A DNA stretch of 64,000 nucleotides. It comes from a virus (Duplodnaviria > Caudoviricetes). Position numbers and translations under genes: made by a program. This document shows positions 57,529-64,000 of the stretch, piece after piece. The notes beneath the pieces are model-generated. The model worked only from the letters and a program-made list of their open reading frames with translations. It ran no database searches and was not told the DNA's origin. Where the stretch lies: the IMG/VR virus record IMGVR_UViG_3300027255_000165, one strand, 5' to 3'. Within the stretch, counting starts at the first letter, position 1; each line of letters begins with the position of its first letter.

Positions 57529-59490
57529 TTACAGGTCGTAAGAAGAAGCCTGGTAAATAACGTCAATATCATCTGATGGATCTAGTCCATAACCTGCATA
57601 GGTAGGGTTCCAGATCAATACGTCGCCGGATGCAATGTCTTTAATCAGCTTGGCGACCATTGCGTTTCCATCAGTATTGTAACCTGAAAGGGTAGGATCT
57701 GTAAAGTAACAATCATCTTCGTTGTCTCCATCTCCGATGTTAACTTCAACACCGTTAATTTTAACAATTACATCGCTATCCTGGAATGGAGTGTAGTCGA
57801 TATTGATTCCTGTCACATAGTGATCGTGTGTTGTGGTTGAAGCCACAACCTGGTTTTTATCAACTGATACATTAACTCCCGTTTCTGGTTCGTCATTAAC
57901 GCCTTCTAGCATTAGAAGAACTGCAGAAGAACCCGCTGATGAAGATGTGATACCGTTTTGGTTGATATATGTTCCATTACCGGTGATCATTAGATCTCCA
58001 CCATCTTGTCTTGTTAAAATCAAGAAGTCAGCTCCGTTTGCAGGGGCTGAAGCCGCGATACCAAAACCTGATAGGAATGTATCTCCTAGAACGTCAACGT
58101 CAGTTGTTGTGATAGAGATTGAAGCCGTTGATGTAATAGCTTGAATCTTCAATTGTCCAAAGGTAGATGAGTAAGCTCCGTCTCCTGGTATGATTGCGAT
58201 TGCTTCAAGATCTAGGCCATCAGCTTGAAAAGCAGCGTTAAAAAGATCAGCTGCGATCTGAGCATTAACCAATAGGTATTCCGGTGCATCTGGATATGCG
58301 ATTGGAGAAGTTACTGTTGTTTGGTCAAATAGAACTGTTGTTGAATTTGTACCATCGCTGATTGTTACATCAATCTGGGTGTAACTTGCGCCTGTGTTAT
58401 CTGATAGCGCTAGGATTGATACACCATTAGTTGCAACAGATGCGTTAGAAAGCAAAGATGAAAACTCTGATTCTTTAGATGCTGTGATATGGTGATCATC
58501 AGTTGATACGTTAATTAGGTCAACAAAATCTTGAACTGTTGAAACTTCATCTGAAGAACCATCAAACACTGGAATCTCATTAAAGATAATCATGTCTGAA
58601 GAACCCGGTAAGTAGTTTGAAATAGTAGCTCTAACTTCAGTTTGAACTGGATCTTTAACTTGTAGGAAAAGTGCTTTAGCTCCTCTTGAAGCAGTTGTTG
58701 TGATTCCACCAGGAACTGTAGGGTCCATGTAGTAGATTTCACCAGCATTACCATTAAGAAGTTCAGGGTTTGAGTGGTTATCAATTAACGTGTTAAATGG
58801 CTTAATGTAAACTACAGTGTCATTCATTGTCTTTTCAAGAACCAAACCAACTGGAACTTCTGCAGCACCCGGAGTTCCAAGCTTTACAAACTCGCCTTCA
58901 GCTGAAACTGTAATAATGTCGCCTGAATTATAACCTGTTTGAGAAGTTGAAAATTCAAATCTGTATCTTTCTGTTTCTTCTTCAGCTGCAAAGCGACCTT
59001 GGATCTTATCCATTGACGCTGGAGTTGGAAAGAAAGATTGAACTGCCCCAGTAGTTAGAAGAGGCACATTGTTATCTGAAACTTCAAAGAAAGCTAGCTT
59101 AGAATTTGTTGTAAGATAATTTGAAGCGTAAAGTTTATACGCAATCATATCTACGTCTTTTGCGATAAAAGAAATAGACGTTTCGGATTTAGTTTCGATT
59201 GATTCAATCTTTAGAACAATCTGACCATTTTCACTTGTAACCCAATCTCCAGACTTAATGTCCAATCCATTGTACTCTTTAACGTTACCTGAACGAGAAT
59301 TAGCAGTACCGATGGATTGCGAAGTTACTTGATCAACTGTGATTTCAAAGGTGTAATATGCACCGGTTGCTTTAATGCCAGTTGAATCCTCATAAGGATA
59401 CTGATCTAAACCGTTAATAGATGTGATTCTACCGGATAGAAATAGGGGTGGATTGGTTGGATTGTAGATTGCCATAGTCTTAGAATACAA
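57529..59490 (-). CDS. virion structural protein
   Basis: 653 aa; C-terminal TGINIDYTPFQDSDV..NGVEV..GDG..DCYF domain shared with 50259-51017. Confidence 0.65.
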   Translation of the reverse strand: MYSKTMAIYNPTNPPLFLSGRITSINGLDQYPYEDSTGIKATGAYYTFEITVDQVTSQSIGTANSRSGNVKEYNGLDIKSGDWVTSENGQIVLKIESIETKSETSISFIAKDVDMIAYKLYASNYLTTNSKLAFFEVSDNNVPLLTTGAVQSFFPTPASMDKIQGRFAAEEETERYRFEFSTSQTGYNSGDIITVSAEGEFVKLGTPGAAEVPVGLVLEKTMNDTVVYIKPFNTLIDNHSNPELLNGNAGEIYYMDPTVPGGITTTASRGAKALFLQVKDPVQTEVRATISNYLPGSSDMIIFNEIPVFDGSSDEVSTVQDFVDLINVSTDDHHITASKESEFSSLLSNASVATNGVSILALSDNTGASYTQIDVTISDGTNSTTVLFDQTTVTSPIAYPDAPEYLLVNAQIAADLFNAAFQADGLDLEAIAIIPGDGAYSSTFGQLKIQAITSTASISITTTDVDVLGDTFLSGFGIAASAPANGADFLILTRQDGGDLMITGNGTYINQNGITSSSAGSSAVLLMLEGVNDEPETGVNVSVDKNQVVASTTTHDHYVTGINIDYTPFQDSDVIVKINGVEVNIGDGDNEDDCYFTDPTLSGYNTDGNAMVAKLIKDIASGDVLIWNPTYAGYGLDPSDDIDVIYQASSYDL

Positions 59491-62284
59491 ATATTACGTA
59501 TGCGTGAGCGTTTCTTGCAGAAGAACCCAAACCTGATTTATTACCGTATTTAATAAAGTCTTTTCTTACGTCAAGTGTCATTGATGTTGTAAATGCACCA
59601 TTTAAGAAGTTTGGAACAAGTTGATTTGTGCCAGACGTAGAGAAGTTTGCAGCTGCAGAATCAATTTTAGCTAGTGCAGCGTCAACTCTGTAGGCGTGAA
59701 CTTCATACTTGTAAGTTGCAGGATCCCATGCAAGAACCTGAATTGCAAGTGGTGGATTTGATTCATTGAATGAAACTGTAGCTGTATAAATTGCCGTTGA
59801 AGTATTAACTGAAACTGAGTCAACTGATGCGTTTGCAGTCAAGAATCCAGTTGCAGAAACAAACTTGTTATCTGTAGTGTTATTAACTAGGTGGTTTGAT
59901 GAATCATATTCAAGTCTTAGTAGATACTTGTTAGTTCCTGAACCAGAACCTCCTGAGATAGTAGACCACTGTACGTTATATGGGTTAGAGTCAATTTTAA
60001 CAAGCGCTTGACCTGATGTACCACCTGAAGGAATTCCAAGACCATTAGTACCTGAAGAACCTGACGTACCATCTGTACCTGAAGAACCTGAAGTACCATT
60101 AGTACCCGAAGAACCAGAAGTGCCGTCCGTGCCAGATGAACCTGAAGTACCTGAAGAACCCGAAGTACCATTGTCACCTGAAGTACCCGATGAACCTGAA
60201 GTACCATCAGTTCCTGAAGAACCTGAAGTACCGTCTGTGCCTGATGATCCTGAAGTACCATCAGTTCCTGAAGAACCCGAAGTACCATTGTCACCTGAAG
60301 TACCTGAAGAACCCGAAGTACCATTGTCACCTGAAGTACCCGATGAACCTGAAGTACCATCAGTTCCTGAAGAACCTGAAGTACCGTCCGTGCCTGATGA
60401 TCCTGAAGTACCATCAGTTCCTGAAGAACCCGAAGTACCATTGTCACCTGAAGTACCTGAAGAACCCGAAGTACCATTGTCACCTGAAGTACCTGAAGAA
60501 CCAGAAGTGCCATCAGTACCTGATGAACCTGAAGTGCCGTCTGTACCTGAAGAACCCGATGTACCGTCTGTGCCAGATGAACCTGATGTGCCGTCCGTGC
60601 CTGATGAACCTGAAGTACCATTATCTCCTGAAGTACCTGAAGAACCCGAAGTACCGTCTGTACCTGAAGAACCCGAAGTACCGTCTGTACCTGAAGAACC
60701 CGAAGTACCGTCTGTACCTGAAGAACCCGAAGTACCGTCTGTACCTGAAGAACCCGAAGTACCGTCTGTACCTGAAGAACCCGAAGTACCGTCTGTACCT
60801 GAAGAACCCGAAGTACCGTCTGTACCTGAAGAACCCGAAGTACCATCAGTACCTGATGAACCTGAAGATCCACTTGCTAATGAAGAAGCACTAATTACAT
60901 AAGGGTCTGCAACTGTACCAGAACCCGAAACATCAATGTTAGTTCCAGCCTGTGTAATACCTCCAACGCCATCTGTACCAGATGAACCAGAAGTACCATC
61001 AGAACCTGAAGTACCATCAGTGCCTGAAGAACCTGAAGTACCATCAGTACCTGAAGAACCAGATGAGCCTGAAGTACCATCAGTACCTGAAGAACCTGAA
61101 GTACCATCAGAACCAGATGAGCCTGAAGTACCATCAGAACCTGAAGAACCAGATGAGCCTGAAGTACCATCAGTACCTGAAGAGCCAGATGAGCCTGAAG
61201 TACCATCAGTACCTGAAGAACCAGATGAACCGTCAGAACCTATTACACCATCTACACCTGCAGGACCCTGTGGACCCGCTACGCCATCAGTACCTGATGA
61301 ACCTGAAGTACCGTCTGTACCTGAAGAACCTGAAGTGCCGTCTGATCCTGCAGTTCCTGAACCAGAACCTGCTCCACCAAACATATCAATGTCATAACTA
61401 ATGTACTGTCCTACTTCCCATACGTATGGTGAAGCAACTGGAGAGTATGAGCTATCTTCGTATGTAACTAGAACTTCAGTGTAATCATTATCGTTATCGT
61501 CTCCTCCACCGGCTTCAGCGTTAATTCTATTATAACCTGTAATTTCGTAGATAGCGTATTGGTTTGGAGAACCTGCGTTTGTAACAACGATGTTAGCGTT
61601 GACGTTAGAACCGCCCGGGTCTCTCTTTATCAGATAATTTTCAAGCAGTACGTTTCTAACGTTGTTCTGATCTAAGTTGTAAAACTTGATTGAAGTTACC
61701 AGTGAAGGATCAGAGGCATTGAACGTGACTGATTTCAGTGATGGGTTTGAGCCATCAACTGCAGATACTTGGTATCTAACGTAAGGGCTTGAAGCGTTAC
61801 TTGAACCTGAAAGTGAAGTTGATCCTGAACCCGATCCTGAACCAGAACCTGAACCTGAACCAGTACCTGTAATACTTGATCCGCTAACTGTACCAATCAT
61901 CAACTGTGGAATAATGTAAGTCTTCGCTGATGGATAGTAGTTAGAGTATGTGATTGTTACTTGAGCATAAAGGTTACCATTGGCCAGATTTGCGCTCTGG
62001 TTTGGTGTGATCGAGAAAGAGATGTAACCCTGCGTTGCTGTTGCTGGGTTACCCATTGTTAGAAGATCAGTAATACCCGAAATAACTGGGTTTGAGTACT
62101 GATACATCTTTTGTCCTAATGAATTGTACAGAGATACCGTAATTGAATCGGCATCAGCGGCATTCAACTGATTGTTGATGTAGTCTTTGTACAAGATTAG
62201 CTCGACGGTCGATGGTTGGCCAGCAACCACTGAAAGGTTACTGCCGATATAAACCATTATGTCATCCTTTGAAACGTAAGGCAT
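59480..62284 (-). CDS. virion protein with a long GTDGTSGSS repeat tract
   Basis: 934 aa, central 27-nt tandem units; GATATATA 29 nt upstream. Confidence 0.72.
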   Translation of the reverse strand: MPYVSKDDIMVYIGSNLSVVAGQPSTVELILYKDYINNQLNAADADSITVSLYNSLGQKMYQYSNPVISGITDLLTMGNPATATQGYISFSITPNQSANLANGNLYAQVTITYSNYYPSAKTYIIPQLMIGTVSGSSITGTGSGSGSGSGSGSGSTSLSGSSNASSPYVRYQVSAVDGSNPSLKSVTFNASDPSLVTSIKFYNLDQNNVRNVLLENYLIKRDPGGSNVNANIVVTNAGSPNQYAIYEITGYNRINAEAGGGDDNDNDYTEVLVTYEDSSYSPVASPYVWEVGQYISYDIDMFGGAGSGSGTAGSDGTSGSSGTDGTSGSSGTDGVAGPQGPAGVDGVIGSDGSSGSSGTDGTSGSSGSSGTDGTSGSSGSSGSDGTSGSSGSDGTSGSSGTDGTSGSSGSSGTDGTSGSSGTDGTSGSDGTSGSSGTDGVGGITQAGTNIDVSGSGTVADPYVISASSLASGSSGSSGTDGTSGSSGTDGTSGSSGTDGTSGSSGTDGTSGSSGTDGTSGSSGTDGTSGSSGTDGTSGSSGTDGTSGSSGTSGDNGTSGSSGTDGTSGSSGTDGTSGSSGTDGTSGSSGTDGTSGSSGTSGDNGTSGSSGTSGDNGTSGSSGTDGTSGSSGTDGTSGSSGTDGTSGSSGTSGDNGTSGSSGTSGDNGTSGSSGTDGTSGSSGTDGTSGSSGTDGTSGSSGTSGDNGTSGSSGTSGSSGTDGTSGSSGTNGTSGSSGTDGTSGSSGTNGLGIPSGGTSGQALVKIDSNPYNVQWSTISGGSGSGTNKYLLRLEYDSSNHLVNNTTDNKFVSATGFLTANASVDSVSVNTSTAIYTATVSFNESNPPLAIQVLAWDPATYKYEVHAYRVDAALAKIDSAAANFSTSGTNQLVPNFLNGAFTTSMTLDVRKDFIKYGNKSGLGSSARNAHAYVIFVF

Positions 62285-62324
62285 GTCTATGCTATCTTAT
62301 TTTATGTTTGGTTATATATCACCC

Positions 62325-63026
62325 TCATGAGGTGAAATCCTTCATTAAGGAAGAATATAATATACTCTTGGCTATCGGGAAGATTGCGTCTTCAAACGAA
62401 CAATTGATATTATAGTCCATTCTTGCAAATGGAATCCGAGTGTCCATTTGCGTATGGATCTCTACCATTTTACCCATTGCTTCTGGTGTGAATGGAACTT
62501 CTTCAATCTTTTCAAGTTTGAAAGTTCTCCAATCTCCTCCTAACTTTGATGGTTTTTCAAATTTACACAGGTGAATCTTTTGTCTATTGTCAACCATCGC
62601 TGCAAATCCTGACTTTAAAATTGGAGTTTTAGAAGGAATCCACGTTATTCTAATATGCGGTTCAATGTCTCTCCAAGCCAATCTTGCTTCCATGTAAACG
62701 TCTTCAAATTTAACTATCGCTTCGTTTGCAATACGGTGAAGAACGTCCATCTGATCTCCTATTTGATCATCAGGAATTTCGTAAATAATTCTAAAGTTAA
62801 CGAAGTCAATATCCTTAGCAATCTTTAACTTATCGTCAAGAGTTTCTTTCTCATATTTGAAACGATACAGGTAATCCAAGTGGTACTCAACCTCCTGAAT
62901 AATAGGCCAGATTATACCAAGTTTAATCATACCTTCAAGGCGCTTAATTTTCGCCATTAAAGTGTATTTCTTGAACTCGTAATCTATAGGCCCTTGGCTA
63001 AACCAATCCTGATCAAACTCCATCAT
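62325..63026 (-). CDS. conserved hypothetical protein
   Basis: ORF track; GPIDYEFKKYTLMA N-terminus. Confidence 0.6.
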   Translation of the reverse strand: MMEFDQDWFSQGPIDYEFKKYTLMAKIKRLEGMIKLGIIWPIIQEVEYHLDYLYRFKYEKETLDDKLKIAKDIDFVNFRIIYEIPDDQIGDQMDVLHRIANEAIVKFEDVYMEARLAWRDIEPHIRITWIPSKTPILKSGFAAMVDNRQKIHLCKFEKPSKLGGDWRTFKLEKIEEVPFTPEAMGKMVEIHTQMDTRIPFARMDYNINCSFEDAIFPIAKSILYSSLMKDFTS

Positions 63027-63061
63027 AGAGTATATATCACATGGTACTCCGCCTGTTTATT

Positions 63062-63649
63062 TTAAAGTGCTCCCCAGACCTTTTTTTCTGTGATAACTTC
63101 TTGCCATAGGGGCTGCCACTTCATTTCATCATATCTGAGCACGTGTCGAGGTTGGGGTTCAACGGTCTTTGGGATCATTTCTACTTCCTCCGCGGTCGGG
63201 GGTACGCGATTATTATTAATAGACTGTAAATGATAGTAAATGTGCCGTGTTGTTCCATCAAAGGTTTCCATCACCTCTTCAACATGTTCCTTTTCCATTC
63301 CAAATTCTGAAGCTAAGTCCTGCGCAAGTCGATTCAAAGACTTCTGTTCTTCAATCAAATGTCGTTCCATGATAAATTCCTTGCGTTTGTGGAATTTCTT
63401 ACGCAGGTGAATGATGGCTTCTTCAATCACATCTTGACTCTTTGACTTTAAGGTTTGCTTTAATTTTTCAATCTCTGCAAGATAAACCTTATCCTCTAAG
63501 TACACTTCAAACCCAAGATGATTGAATTCATACTCACCATAATCGATTCTCTGGAGAAGCTCGGAGTAACCTTTCCAGGGCAGTTGCTTTAAGTGTCGTG
63601 TTGTGTAAAACCTACGCCACCATGTAAATTGTCTGTGATTCATCGCCAT
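63062..63649 (-). CDS. hypothetical protein
   Basis: ORF track. Confidence 0.55.
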   Translation of the reverse strand: MAMNHRQFTWWRRFYTTRHLKQLPWKGYSELLQRIDYGEYEFNHLGFEVYLEDKVYLAEIEKLKQTLKSKSQDVIEEAIIHLRKKFHKRKEFIMERHLIEEQKSLNRLAQDLASEFGMEKEHVEEVMETFDGTTRHIYYHLQSINNNRVPPTAEEVEMIPKTVEPQPRHVLRYDEMKWQPLWQEVITEKKVWGAL

Positions 63650-63897
63650 GCATCTTGTTTATCGTAATCTTCCCAATACCGTGTTTGTGTGCGCCAGTGA
63701 ACCCTGTGAGGAGCAAAGTGTTCTTCAACCAATTGACGTTTTGATTCTTTAGCGAAACCACCAACTCGATTGTGGTGAGAAGCTAAGACACTTGCATATT
63801 CAGACATAGTGTAGTCCCATACGTTTGGCACGATGGCATCGTAACGTAGCACCTTTTCTTCGGGTGCTGGATTTTCAAAATAATGATGATCTTCCAT
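63640..63897 (-). CDS. hypothetical protein
   Basis: ORF track. Confidence 0.5.
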   Translation of the reverse strand: MEDHHYFENPAPEEKVLRYDAIVPNVWDYTMSEYASVLASHHNRVGGFAKESKRQLVEEHFAPHRVHWRTQTRYWEDYDKQDAWR

Positions 63898-64000
63898 TAC
63901 TTACCGGTTAAACTACTGATGTCAACTTTCTTAAAACTAAATGATGCCCATGGGCGAGTAGATACATCTGACACGATCCAACGCTGTGCAGGGTGCTTAT

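Noticed and set aside
60600-60860. 27-bp tandem repeats resembling a CRISPR array
   Set aside because: The units are contiguous with no unique spacers, they are in frame within a CDS, and no cas genes are present
59917-61401. Overlapping ORFs in the GTDGTSGSS tract
   Set aside because: Same shadow-frame artefact

Overview
A 64-kb segment of a large (jumbo/huge) lytic phage genome. This is inferred from the densely packed, almost entirely minus-strand genes, giant fibre proteins with S74 chaperone domains, PhoH, denV, a phage sigma factor, ribosomal protein bS21 and a tRNA cluster. A Bacteroidota host is a plausible inference from bS21 and the A-rich starts without Shine-Dalgarno sequences. 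Layout: 0.6-10.5 kb, glycan, sulfur and nucleotide-sugar enzymes (glf, GT2s, carbamoyltransferase, cysC, cysK, GH16, tagD-like). 10.8-12.7 kb, denV and an M42 peptidase. 12.8-16.7 kb, an RNA island with 10 tRNAs, a minimal 227-nt RNase P RNA and further structured RNAs. 16.9-33.3 kb, mixed metabolic, repair and regulatory genes. 33.5-62.3 kb, virion fibre and lectin genes with collagen-like and Gly-Thr-Ser repeats, interleaved with glycosyl- and sulfotransferases. The strongest novel signal is an unannotated 25-codon leader ORF at 16627-16704 with terminator/antiterminator geometry immediately upstream of the first tRNA. Its central codons match the identities of the tRNAs in the cluster, which suggests a ribosome-stalling attenuator that senses tRNA depletion. 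All protein calls come from motif recognition by eye; no database searches were run.
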